Shown here one piece after another: positions 14,516-25,473 of a stretch of 64,000 nt of DNA. This DNA comes from Tubulanus polymorphus (Eukaryota; Animalia; Nemertea): assembly GCF_964204645.1 (NCBI RefSeq), contig NC_134032.1, positions 8,358,275 through 8,422,274 on the forward strand, in the 5' to 3' direction. The position numbers and the translations under genes were made by a program. The notes under the pieces are model-generated. The model was given only the letters and a program-made list of their open reading frames with translations. It searched no databases and was not told where the DNA came from. Every line of letters begins with the position of its first letter. Position 1 is the first letter of the stretch.

Positions 14516-15350
14516 ACAAGATTCTAAGACTGTGTAGAAAACCCGTTATCGCTGCTTTGCAGCTATATATATTATTTTTTTTCCCTTTTCCACACAGTTT
14601 TTGTTAAAAGTGTAAAGGCTTCCTTACCTTACCGCTGTCGCCGATACAATCCGTATGATATTCTTCAGCTCACTTAAATCTCCAGATACTGCATGGAAAT
14701 TCTGATAAATCCACGTTATAAAGGCACTGTCGAGCCGTAAACATCGGAAATTTGGCTCCGTTCAATTAGTAGCCATGTTGTGTTTTCTTTCCGAAATTTT
14801 TCTCTTCTTTATGAGGAAGAGCTATCGAATTATTCCCTCTCTTCTCCACAATCAATTTCAAAGTCAATTTTATGAATTTATTGCTCAGCGGGTCCGAGTC
14901 CATGAGTTTACGAGTCCGACGTTTGCGTGTCTGACATGTTTACGGGCATTTGTTTGTTACCTCTTTAATATTTTTGATTTCTTGTTATTCCGGTTATTTC
15001 ATTTAAGTATATTGCTGATCAGTTCATGTAACCAAAAGCGTCAATAAACAGATTTTGAATTGATCAAGTTTAAATGAAGGTCGTTGAGTCGCGGAGGGCT
15101 ACTAGAATTACGGTGCAGAATTACGTTCGTCTCAGAGAGAAAACAAACGACAGAAAAGTATCAGGTGATTATCGATAGCCTACTACGGTACACACAGTTG
15201 ACAAACAGTGTTAAAGGCCTGTGCCGGTTGGTGCGTACTGGGAATAAATATACTGGTTGGTCAGTTGGTTCGGTTGTGAAGTGTGGAAGCTAAGAAAGCC
15301 TACCGCAGTACGGTAGTACCGGTATTTATTTGTCTATAGGCCTATTATAT

Positions 15351-15930
15351 AGTAGCCAATACCATTAAGTACGTAGTTGTTACCCGTACGTGACTGTATG
15401 GTGATCTCCACAGGTTAACCGTACGTGAGTTCCCTACTAACGCCGTACGTGAGTTCCTAGTAGCCAATACCATTAAGAACGTAGTTGTTACCCGTACGTG
15501 ACTGTATGATGATCTCCACAGGTTAACCGTACGTGAGTTCCCTACTAACGCCGTACGTGAGTTCCTAGTAGCCAATACCATTTTTTAAGTACGAAGTTGT
15601 TACCCGTACATGCCAGTGACTGTAAGGTGATATCCACAGGTTAACCGTACGTGAGTTACCTAAAAAGGCCGTAAGTGAGTTCCTATAATCTGCAAACGTG
15701 CATGCGTGAAAGAATAGAGTTTGGGTTAGGTGAGGCTAGGCTATTTGTAAATCAAATTTTATCCACCCTGCAGTTACGTTCTTCGGCACAGTCGGTAAAT
15801 CACTGGACTACAACTGGATTTTTTTTTCGTTTGCTTTCGAATCCCAATATTGCAAGTCTGAGCGTCAACGTACTCACATACGGCTAACCTGTAGAAATCA
15901 CCGTACAGTCACGTACAGGTAACAACAGCG
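15351..15930. repeat. 108-bp tandem repeat (~3 copies, 15351-15685) with an inverted copy at ~15870-15930; MITE with an amplified left end
   Basis: ORF 15345-15581 repeats a 36-aa unit. The reverse complement of gttgttacc.gtacgtgactgta.ggtgat..c.acaggtta.ccgta.gtgagt occurs at 15870-15927. Confidence 0.75.
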
Positions 15931-16131
15931 TTTTAAGTACCGGTTATTAAGTGAGTACGACAAGCCTACCATGCCTATGTACTACAAACACAACTTTTTC
16001 TCTCTCGTCGGCCCTACAGTGATGTTACTATAAATGGTGCAATTAGAACATGGATAGGATTTGGCCAGGACTAGCCTAAAGTCTAATTCAGTCTATGTAC
16101 TAATTCACTCGATAGGCCTATTTTTAAAACA

Positions 16132-16296
16132 GGGATCATTCATTTATTACTTACGCATAACATTTGATTATTTCAACCCCCTCTCCCTCTGTACGCAAAA
16201 TCTGCCATTTTTTCATGTACATTAAGCATTACAGTTACGTAATTGCCCTGACCCCTCCCCCCTCCTCTAATGCGTACGTAATAAATGAATGATCCC
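16132..16296. mobile_element. PIF/Harbinger-like MITE
   Basis: TIR GGGATCATTCATTTATTAC / GTAATAAATGAATGATCCC; 3-bp TSD ACA. Confidence 0.8.
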
Positions 16297-16953
16297 ACAA
16301 TACAGTGAAGTATTCACACGCAGAAAGGCAAATTGATTTGAGCCATGTGATTAAATTTGGCCAGGCGTTCTCTGACCTGCTGACATTAATAGTCAATGTG
16401 GTCACGGCTTGTATACCAGAAATCATTGTAGGCCTGTACATTTTGCTGTTCGTAGGTTTTGGTATACCGATTTCTCCATTCTTGACTGATAAGTGTACAG
16501 TATAGCGTACGCATTATACAATTGTTCCAATGGGAATAGTGTGGCGTTGCGAGTCACAAAGAAGACCAGGTTCGGAGATAAAAGAAGAGAAAGACTAAAA
16601 ACACGACGGGTTCAGTCTACAGATCATAAGATACTCGTTTATTTCGGTCACACACAGGCTAACCACCTGTCCCGACTGCACATGCGCATGCTAATATATA
16701 TGATGATTCGCTACATAGGCTAAGTGGGAGTAAACACTATATGGTTACTGACATATTTACATAAACATCCTGTTCTCGACATTTCTCCGGGGCGACAAAG
16801 GTAAACAAATAAAGAGTAAGAACGGAGAGATATATGACTAATCATTACAATGGATTAAGTAAATAAAGCTTATGGAAATCAATAAACAACTAAACGTTAA
16901 TTCAAAATACGATTAAATAGTAAATTCAGGCATTGATAGTAACTATTATGCAA

Positions 16954-18990
16954 TTATTTCAAACATTCGACGATTTTTGCACGAGCCTTTCGCGCTGCGT
17001 TTCGCACGGGTCGCGGATCGGAGGCTATAACGGGGCCAGGCTCTTTAAAGTCCATATCGGTGTTAATTTCAAGCGGGAACAGTTTATTTATAGGTCGGCT
17101 AGTATTTGTAGTGCCCATTCTAATTTCTGCTGAACGAACTGCGCCGTCGTTCCCGTAGTTCAGTTTCGTTACGATAGCAAGCTTCCAGTTAATTCTACGT
17201 TTTTGGTCGTCGTGTACGAGTACAACGTCTCCTGATCGAATCTCGCTTGTTCTGCCATTATTTCGCATGGACAGATGTCGTTCACGTAGCGCAATAACGT
17301 ATTCGTTGGTCCAACGAGACCGAAAATGTTCGAAGAGTTCCATCACTCTTTGTGCGCGTTTCTGGAGGTTTTGTGTGTTTATCGAAACACCATACTCCGG
17401 ATCACTGATAGCATCGGTATCAGATAGGTGCGGTAGATTCGACATAACTCGTCCGTGAAGGAGGTGCGATGGTGTTAGCGGTTCTGGGTCAGTTACGTCA
17501 TCGGACAAATACGTAAGCGGGCGGTTGTTGATCACCATTTCGATTTCCGCGACGAGCGTAATAAGTTCAGACATCGATATGTATGCGCGGACTAAAACAC
17601 GTTTCAGAACTTGTTTCGTAAGTCCAACTAAACGTTCCCAAAAGCCACCATGCCATGGGGCGGCCTTTGGTATAAATACCCATTCAACATTTTTCTCGAG
17701 CATGTATTTTCGAACCGAATGAATATCGAGAAGCTTCTTTATTTCTCCCGCCGCGGCCACGAATGCCGATCCATTATCACTTATCAACTTTTGGGGTAAG
17801 GATCGACGTGCGGCGAAACGTCGGAAGGCGAGAAGAAATGTGGCACACGACATATCAGAAACAACCTCGAGATGAACGGCACGTGTGTTCGCACATGTAA
17901 ACAAGATAATATACGCTTTCGCTTCTCTGTTGTTATCTCTCACGAACAAATGTCCGGTGAAATCCACTCCCGTTACGGTAAAGGGAGGGGCATCTGTCAG
18001 CCTGCTCTTCTGCAACGGTGCAGGGTCCGGTAGTGGGTATGGCTGACCACTAATGATTTTGCAATTGTAACATTTTCGCAACAGAGATTTAACGATTTTC
18101 CTGATACTTTGAATCCAATACGTTTGTCGAATACGGTTAATCGTTGATTCTGTACCCAAATGAAGTGCTCTCGCGTGAGCATCAATCACAGTTAACTCGG
18201 TAAATCGCCCTTTCGGGGGTAGTAATATTGGGAATTTCGCGCCATAATCAATCGGGGCGTTATGGAGTCTCCCTCCAACTCTCAACAAACTATCATCGCC
18301 AATAAACAACCGTAGCTGTTTTGTCAGGGGCGCTCGCGATTTTGCATGATTACCCTGCAGCACGAAAATTTCATTCGAATAATTAGCATTTTGCACAGCT
18401 TTAATCCACGCCGTTCTAGCTCGGGCTATATCATCCGGCGTCAGATCCGCGGCGGACCGATCTGTCTGGCGTTGAAATTTCGCGACAAACAAGAAAACGT
18501 AAGCGGTGACACGTAATAATGATCCCAACTCTATGAATCGTTCAATGTCGATTATTTCTACCAAACCAATCCGTTCGTCCTCCGCGTCTTCAACCTGCCC
18601 GGGTTGAGGATCGTTGATGTGGAGGATATTAACTGTACTAGTGTCAGCGTATAATTTATCCACGGGCCAGTCGCCATGTTTCAGCCATTCGGGGCCAAAC
18701 CACCACAAATTAGAATGCCGTAGTTTCTCGGAGTCGATTCCACGCGACAGTATGTCTGCCGGATTATCAGACGTCGGGCAGTAACGGTACTCGTCAATTT
18801 TGATAGATTTAATCTGTTTCACGCGGTTGCTGACGAATACTGGTAACTTTCGATCGGAGTTCAACCAACAAAGCACAATCTGACTATCGCTCCAAAGCAC
18901 TTTTTTGGTTATAGCGATTTCGGAACCGAGCGATTCAGTTACATAATCGATAAGCTTCGAACCGGTCAAAGCAGCAAGTAATTCCAGTCG
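16954..18990 (-). CDS. BEL/Pao pol remnant: partial RNase H + integrase
   Basis: RLELLAA, WSDSQIVLCW, NPADILSRG, HHCC zinc finger, GVDFTG / ISDNG / GFWERLV DDE triad, GPF-like C-terminus. Confidence 0.9.
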   Translation of the reverse strand, partial: RLELLAALTGSKLIDYVTESLGSEIAITKKVLWSDSQIVLCWLNSDRKLPVFVSNRVKQIKSIKIDEYRYCPTSDNPADILSRGIDSEKLRHSNLWWFGPEWLKHGDWPVDKLYADTSTVNILHINDPQPGQVEDAEDERIGLVEIIDIERFIELGSLLRVTAYVFLFVAKFQRQTDRSAADLTPDDIARARTAWIKAVQNANYSNEIFVLQGNHAKSRAPLTKQLRLFIGDDSLLRVGGRLHNAPIDYGAKFPILLPPKGRFTELTVIDAHARALHLGTESTINRIRQTYWIQSIRKIVKSLLRKCYNCKIISGQPYPLPDPAPLQKSRLTDAPPFTVTGVDFTGHLFVRDNNREAKAYIILFTCANTRAVHLEVVSDMSCATFLLAFRRFAARRSLPQKLISDNGSAFVAAAGEIKKLLDIHSVRKYMLEKNVEWVFIPKAAPWHGGFWERLVGLTKQVLKRVLVRAYISMSELITLVAEIEMVINNRPLTYLSDDVTDPEPLTPSHLLHGRVMSNLPHLSDTDAISDPEYGVSINTQNLQKRAQRVMELFEHFRSRWTNEYVIALRERHLSMRNNGRTSEIRSGDVVLVHDDQKRRINWKLAIVTKLNYGNDGAVRSAEIRMGTTNTSRPINKLFPLEINTDMDFKEPGPVIASDPRPVRNAARKARAKIVECLK

Positions 18991-20888
18991 AGAACGGTTG
19001 AATTCCTTACTCCGGTGAGTAAGGTGTGGCTCGGTATGGGCCCTGATAAGAGATACCCTATACGTGATGAAACGGCAGTCGGGCCGTAGCCCTTCACGGT
19101 ATTATCGCCGACTATAGACCAGTAGTAATCGGCGCCAATTAATACATCGATATCAAAGTCGCCGGTTATTGATGATGGCTGTTCCGCTAGAGTTAGGTTT
19201 CGCAGATGCGGAAGATCCAAAACTTTATTGTTTACAAGATTGCTGATTGGCGTGGAGATGGTCGGTATCACGAGGGCTTCAATTAGTATCGGTGAACCCT
19301 CTGATGACGCGATGTTAAAGTTCGTTCTTTGAAGTAATCGCCGACCGGCCAGTTGTTCCCCGAACGTCGCTAGATTGATTTCCTCTTGGCCCAGATGTGG
19401 GAGATTTAAGCTGACAGAAACTCGCGTCGTGATAAACGATCTATGGCTGCCTTCGTCCAGTAAAATGTTTATCTTACGACCATTCGAGCGGTTATTAGCG
19501 GAAGTTGATGGCGAAAAAATCTCCGCCACAGCTGTTTTAAGAAGTATGGGCCCATCTGGTCGTGGTTGTTGGGCGCCGGCATACGTTTGATGAACAGTTT
19601 TTACATCGTGAGAATCGCTTCTGCTTCCGTTTTGTGGGTTTTGCGGTCGATTTTTCGTAGAAATCTCGCGCGTTTCTGTAAGGGAGGAACCACATAGTAA
19701 CGTGTGATGTTTCCCTCTGCACTTTTTACATGTGTTCTTGGATTTACAGTCCCGAGAACGATGAGTGCCCATGCAATTAAAACAAAGTTTATCACGTTTA
19801 ACGATATCCAGGCGTTTCTCTGGTTCGGTTACAAGAACACAATCTGACGCGAAATGTGTCCCTTTACAAAATGTACATTTTAATGTTTTTCTCTTGATCG
19901 CATTGCCCACGTGGAACGCTGACGTGGTACCCAGGTGAGCAGTTTCTGGGTACACTGAAACTCCTGCCTGGAACGCTGTTATCTCTCTCGAAAGGGCATC
20001 TCGCAACGACTGGAGATTCCAATTCGCGCCGTTATTATCCCTCGTTATCTGTCGTCGTATCATCCCAGGCAGTTTATCTAAGATAATCGGAGTCAACAAA
20101 TCTCCGTAGCTATCTTCGTTTTTTCCGAGCGCACTTAGTCCTCGGATATATGTTTCCAGTTTGTCCGAAAATTCCATCAGACTCTGCATGTCTTCTGTCG
20201 GTCGCGAAAGTTCCCATAACGCTCGCATATATGCACTGATAATGATTTGCGGTTGCCCATACCTTTTTATCAGTACTTGAAGTGCGTTCGCATAATTCGA
20301 CGCGGTGAGGGCCAGACCCTCGATCGTTCTGTAAGCTTCGCCGTTAAGTTGTGCGCGTAAGTATTGAAACTTAACGACGTCGTCGAGATTCGGGTCGTCG
20401 TTGACCGCTGAATTGAATCCGTCTATGAATTCCTGCCATTTGAGTAAATCGCCGTCGAATTTGGCGAGCGTAATTTTAGGTAGATTTACCTTGTTCGGGC
20501 GAAATGGCGTCGCAGAAGCACCGGAATTGTTCATCGAAGAATTATGAGGTTGCGTTGTGTGCTTCGCCTTTTCTACAAATCGGATTATTCGGCCGCGTTT
20601 TTCGATGACGCTAGATCTGAAGTCCTCTGCTTCTTGAATCGTGTCTGAAAGATGCGTTAAAGGAGTTAGGTCCTCGATTGTCGAGTCTAGCTTCTCTAGT
20701 CGACTTAACTTTTCTGTGATCTGCTCGATGTAGATATTTAGTAAATCTACATCGTCTTCGGTCGTTCGAAAATCTTCGACGATTGTTGACGATTTCACGA
20801 CGAGATCATCAACTTTCTGCCTGATTGCAGTTCGTGTGATTGTCGACCGGTTCAGTTGAGTATCCTCCATTCGGCTGATCCTGGTCAC
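18966..20888 (-). CDS. BEL/Pao Gag + aspartic protease
   Basis: LPKITLAKFDGD/DUF1759-like gag; three zinc knuckles (CTFCKGTHFASDC, CFNCMGTHRSRDC, CKKCRGKHHTLLC); protease LLDEGS and DVLIGAD. Confidence 0.9.
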   Translation of the reverse strand: MTRISRMEDTQLNRSTITRTAIRQKVDDLVVKSSTIVEDFRTTEDDVDLLNIYIEQITEKLSRLEKLDSTIEDLTPLTHLSDTIQEAEDFRSSVIEKRGRIIRFVEKAKHTTQPHNSSMNNSGASATPFRPNKVNLPKITLAKFDGDLLKWQEFIDGFNSAVNDDPNLDDVVKFQYLRAQLNGEAYRTIEGLALTASNYANALQVLIKRYGQPQIIISAYMRALWELSRPTEDMQSLMEFSDKLETYIRGLSALGKNEDSYGDLLTPIILDKLPGMIRRQITRDNNGANWNLQSLRDALSREITAFQAGVSVYPETAHLGTTSAFHVGNAIKRKTLKCTFCKGTHFASDCVLVTEPEKRLDIVKRDKLCFNCMGTHRSRDCKSKNTCKKCRGKHHTLLCGSSLTETREISTKNRPQNPQNGSRSDSHDVKTVHQTYAGAQQPRPDGPILLKTAVAEIFSPSTSANNRSNGRKINILLDEGSHRSFITTRVSVSLNLPHLGQEEINLATFGEQLAGRRLLQRTNFNIASSEGSPILIEALVIPTISTPISNLVNNKVLDLPHLRNLTLAEQPSSITGDFDIDVLIGADYYWSIVGDNTVKGYGPTAVSSRIGYLLSGPIPSHTLLTGVRNSTVLDWNYLLL

Positions 20889-21939
20889 GGCACCAATGTG
20901 GCGTTGCGAGTCACAAAGAAGACCAGGTTCGGAGATAAAAGAAGAGAAAGACTAAAAACACGACGGGTTCAGTCTACAGATCATAAGATACTCGTTTATT
21001 TCGGTCACACACAGGCTAACCACCTGTCCCGACTGCACATGCGCATGCTAATATATATGATGATTCGCTACATAGGCTAAGTGGGAGTAAACACTATATG
21101 GTTACTGACATATTTACATAAACATCCTGTTCTCGACAAATAGGGCCTATTTATTGGGTTTATTATTTCCTGCTTTAGAATACTGAAATAAGCCCAACGT
21201 TCATTCAAATGTCCAGCATCGGTGAAAGTTTGATTACTGTATACATGTACTGTAGGTTTTCATGTTGTATGAATATTTTGCAGTTCAAATGGGTATGATG
21301 CTGATTCCAATGTCGAACGCATGCAGTTAGATGGTCAAGGACAGTCAACACCAAGATATCTCTCTTCGACCGATGTTGCACCATAGAAGATCTGATTCTT
21401 TCAACTCAAGGAAAGTGATTCAACACGATCGACATAACACTGGAATAGGTTTGCTGTAACTAACGGTTCATTTCATTTAGTCCTATGTACTTTTTAGCCA
21501 ATTTGCATTTGATTGTAATTGAAACTCTGGAACAAAAGACAAGTTGAAAAAACACAAATTATGCTTGATTCTCATGTTCAAATTTAATTCAAATTCAAAT
21601 TTATTTTATTACATCATATTTACAAAGCATATCATTGGTTCATACAGTAATAAAAATTAGGACAGAACAAATATTATTACAGAATTTCCAAAAAGGCAAT
21701 GAATTTCTATAACTAAATGAACATTATTTTTCTAATAACTCAGATCAAGAGTGACTTTCCCGTTTATTAGGAAACACACGCAACTAGTGGAATAGGTTTG
21801 ATTTACACACATGTTGCAGGTATCAATTGTTTATCACTATAGAATTTGTAATCCATAAAAGCCAAAATCAACATCAGCCGGAAACCCGGACCAGATCAAT
21901 TCATAATTTATTGATTGAATCTACACTACAATATATGTA

Positions 21940-22146
21940 TTTATTCAAATATTTCAATAAAAACATTAACTTCTTTAATCTATTCTAAATCATAATACGT
22001 TCTTATCTGTAAATTCACTCAATCTATCGACTCAGCAGGTGCATTTATTCAAATATTTCAATAAAAACATTAACTTCTTTAATCTATTCTAAATCATAAT
22101 ACGTTCTTATCTGTAAATTCACTCAATCTATCGGCTCAGCAGGTGC
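21940..22146 (+). repeat. ~102-bp tandem duplication
   Basis: atttattcaaatatttcaataaaaacattaac...cagcaggtgc occurs twice. Confidence 0.85.
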
Positions 22147-22930
22147 TTAAGATGAGTTCTCAATAGGACAGATCCATTTTTAAGCATGGTGATAATACAG
22201 TATCATGATGTTTGAATGCCAAAATAAGTGCCTGGTCAAATATATTAATATTTGTTGATTGTACATCCGCGTATGTTCGGTTTCAAAGCTGATAAAATTT
22301 GACGTTTACACAGTGGTAGCATATTAGGTTCGAATCTGTCAATGCATTTTATTCTATGTATCGATATTTCAATTTAATACAATTCCCATCTTTTTGAATG
22401 GCTTTGCAGAAAACCCGTCATCGCTGCTTCGCAGCTATATTCTTTTAATTTGTTTTCTTAAATAAATGAATGAGAATGATTGCAACATTCCAACTGGAAA
22501 AAGTGATTTTAAACATTAATTATTTAGTTGCAGGAGGTTTAATATTGACTGCTTTATGCTTTTATTATGAAAATATTAGTAAGGAAGGATTTGATTAATG
22601 AAAATATGAAATTGAGTAAGAAATTAAAGAAGTTCAATGGAAATAATCATTGAAATAGAAAAAATCAAAAAGTTAAATTAGAAAAAGATTTAGAGGATTA
22701 AGACAGCATCTTTTAATTTAATTTATTGTATATATTTTAACTATACAAATGAGTGAAAGTAAGGTATTAGAAATATTACAACTTATATACAGAAATCAAG
22801 AGAGCATTAAGTTAATAATTATGATTTCTGTAATGGTTTCTGTTTTAATTACTCAATAAAACAGCTGTTAGAATTTTATGATAATTTCAAAATTAGATAC
22901 GCTGAATTAAAGAATGATATAAATTATATT

Positions 22931-23615
22931 TCAGATAGATTGAATAATATTAAGTGTTGTGAAATATGCAATAAAATGTAGGGACTGGTCAGAAGGCTTG
23001 TAATAACATCCAAAATAATCCGAAAACATCATGTTTGTTGACGGAGGTATACCAATAACCAGTGCATTTATTGCGGTAAAAATTAGAACGAAGCATCGGG
23101 CGAATCTAGGTGTACAAATCAAACGAGATGTGAACGGAAAGAGAACGACTGCCGCGCGCTCTAGAGATATATTGCTACTATAAACCACGCACTATAAGGC
23201 TAAAAAAATTGATACCTTGTTTATCCGCTCTCCTGAGCTTAAATGTTGACCCGGCCGGTCGCCCATCTACCCTATACATTACTTTTTTTTTTAAATCGTG
23301 ATCAATTTTACCATAACAGACCCGGCCGCTATAGAAATGAACTGTTTATAAATTTTATCATATTTTACAAAAATGACCCGGCCGCTGCGGAGAAACAAGG
23401 TATCATTTTTGTTTAGCCTAAGCACCGATAGAATCAATCACAAATTCGTAGATTTGACAACTGGTCAGTGAATTCACTTATGAATATTGGATCACTTTTT
23501 AGATGCAAGATGGCAAACTGTAAAACGGGCATCAGTGTGAAACCGTTACAGCCCATAAATACGCTGAGAGACAAAGCTATCAGATAGTTAGCGTAAGATA
23601 AACCGTGGAATCTGT
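22931..23615 (-). pseudogene. GPCR pseudogene (TM2 to ECL2 only), paralog of 52169-53119
   Basis: LSYANYLIALSLS..GFTLMPVLQF and ISLERAAVVLFPFTSRLICTPRFARC. It has frameshifts, is truncated at both ends and is interrupted by a MITE. Confidence 0.9.
23198..23418. mobile_element. PIF/Harbinger-like MITE inserted in the GPCR pseudogene
   Basis: TIR GGCTAAA..GATACCTTGTTT / AAACAAGGTATC..TTTAGCC; 3-bp TSD TAA. The flanks rejoin as GPCR TM3 sequence. Confidence 0.85.
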
Positions 23616-24607
23616 TATGTTTTTCTTCACGGTCGCAACCCAATTGTTACTGTGGCAGGTGAGTATTTGTGTAACGTAATATCCATATTTGAGGTCTTTT
23701 ATAAAACACTTTTGCAATTTGGAATAAAGCATTCCATTTCTCTCTCTTTCCAAAAATGGGATGTAAAAATTATAACTTGCCACCCTCGTCACTTTTCCAA
23801 AAAATGGCTGATGAGAAACCTATTATTATCCCGTTGTGCGGTTTTACTATATCCACTGCATTGTATGATCGCCCGTCAGTTCACCAGACGGGATGAACGC
23901 TTCAAAAATACGAACACTTCCGAACAGGAGTGCAGATGCATGCGCAATCTGATTTGCATAGTCGTAGCGTATAATAGGTAAATATTATATTAGATCGACA
24001 TTAAAGAAATCATGCGAAGAATAGGAGAAATTGAATAGGAAATGTGTACTTTTTCTTAACGAGATTCCGCAGCATTGGTTTTACAGTTAAATTTTTCTCA
24101 GAATTCAACATTACTGTTACAAGCTTTATTTACTCGCAGTTTTATTCGACGACAGATACAATTTCATACGAGTTCAATTCGATCTTTTTCTTAACGTACG
24201 CGAGAGATCAGTCAGTAACCTGATTGAATCACCGCAAGTATATCCGATTTCAAACCCTAATCACCAACGATAAGGTTTACGAAACACATAATTTGAGGAA
24301 GTCACACTGGCGGCTGCAACAATCACTATCATTTCTGCAGCTTCCGCCCCTTTTACAACCTATATTTCCAAAAAGCTTAAAGTTCCAAATATAATTTTGA
24401 AATGAATAACTTTTTTTTTTAAATGAAGAACGTTTTTCTTCGATTGAACCCCGCTGATGATCCCGATAATGAGGATGATTGATGCGCCTCGTTTGTGTCG
24501 ACCATTAAGACAAACATATATTACTGACAACAGTTTAATACATGTATATAAAACCGATATTTTGTAGGTCAGTAAAAGTCATTTTTGCCAGATTAAATGT
24601 ATGTAGT

Positions 24608-25473
24608 AAAATCACTGAAATGCAATTCATCAATTTAATCCGTTCAAGATGTTTACTGATCATTGAGATTAAAAATTACCATTCATGAAATCATATAACA
24701 TTGTGTCTTCTTTCTCAGTCGTTACTCACCTGCATCTGCAAATGATGCGGCACTGACCACAATCATAACAATACACAGTGTATATATTATATAGATTTAG
24801 AATTTATTTATGGTTGATTTAACATGTCCCATCACTATGTTATTGGTTATCGAGCATTGTAAAGCAGCTTAAATACTATATCTGAAATTTCATGCAAGGG
24901 TTTTGAGCATTGTTCACAGACACTTGTAATCTCAGTTTGACAATTATGAAGAAATGATAAGACCTGAGATTCATTTCTATTTTTTGTTAATGTATTGTAA
25001 TAAATCGTTTCGAGAATTTGCTGCAAGCAAAATCACTGAAATGCAATTCATAATCACTGAAATGCAATTCATCAATTTAATCCGTTCAAGATGTTTACTG
25101 ATCATTGAGATTAAAAATTACCATTCATGAAATCATATAACATTGTGTCTTCTTTCTCAGTCGTTACTCACCTGCATCTGCAAATGACGCGGCACTGACC
25201 ACAATCATAACAATACACAGTGTATATATTATATAGATTTAGAATTTATTTATGGTTGATTAAACATGTCCCATCACTATGTTATTGTTTATCGAGCATT
25301 GTAAAGCAGCTTAAATACTATATCTGAAATTTCATGCAAGGGTTTTGAGCATTGTTCGCAGACACTTGTAATCTCAGTTTGACAATTATGAAGAAATGAT
25401 AAGACCTGAGATTCATTTCTATTTTTTGTTAATGTATTGTAATAAATCGTTTCGAGAATTTGCTGCGAGCAAA
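24608..25473 (+). repeat. ~442-bp tandem duplication with an extra 21-bp duplication at the junction
   Basis: aaatcactgaaatgcaattcatcaatttaatccg...gagaatttgctgc recurs at offset 442. Confidence 0.9.

Larger units (their letters stand above)
16540..21138 (-). mobile_element. BEL/Pao LTR retrotransposon with an internal deletion of reverse transcriptase
   Basis: 242-bp LTRs at 16540-16781 and 20897-21138 (TG..CA, identical by eye). 5-bp TSD AATAG. PBS TGGTGCCGTGACCAGGAT, complementary to the 3' end of tRNA-His. PPT-like ccggagaaa before the 3' LTR. Confidence 0.95.
11765..22440 (+). mobile_element. Nested/tandem Helentron-associated (HINE/DINE-1-like) non-autonomous elements containing further insertions
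   Basis: Three hairpin heads agggttttctg..cagaaaaccct followed by (TTA)n at 11765-11965. Two homologous bodies start at ~11970 and ~14585. Two tails agaaaacccg..atcGCTGCtt(t/c)GCAGCtatat at ~14535-14568 and ~22407-22440. T-rich insertion context, no TSD seen. Confidence 0.65.

Noticed and set aside
18966-18995. Programmed gag-pol frameshift
   Set aside because: BEL/Pao elements normally have one ORF. The frame change coincides with the loss of RT, so it is better explained as a deletion junction.
16493-21080. Twin ORFs ending HMRMLIYMMIRYIG
   Set aside because: They are read-throughs of the two identical LTRs.
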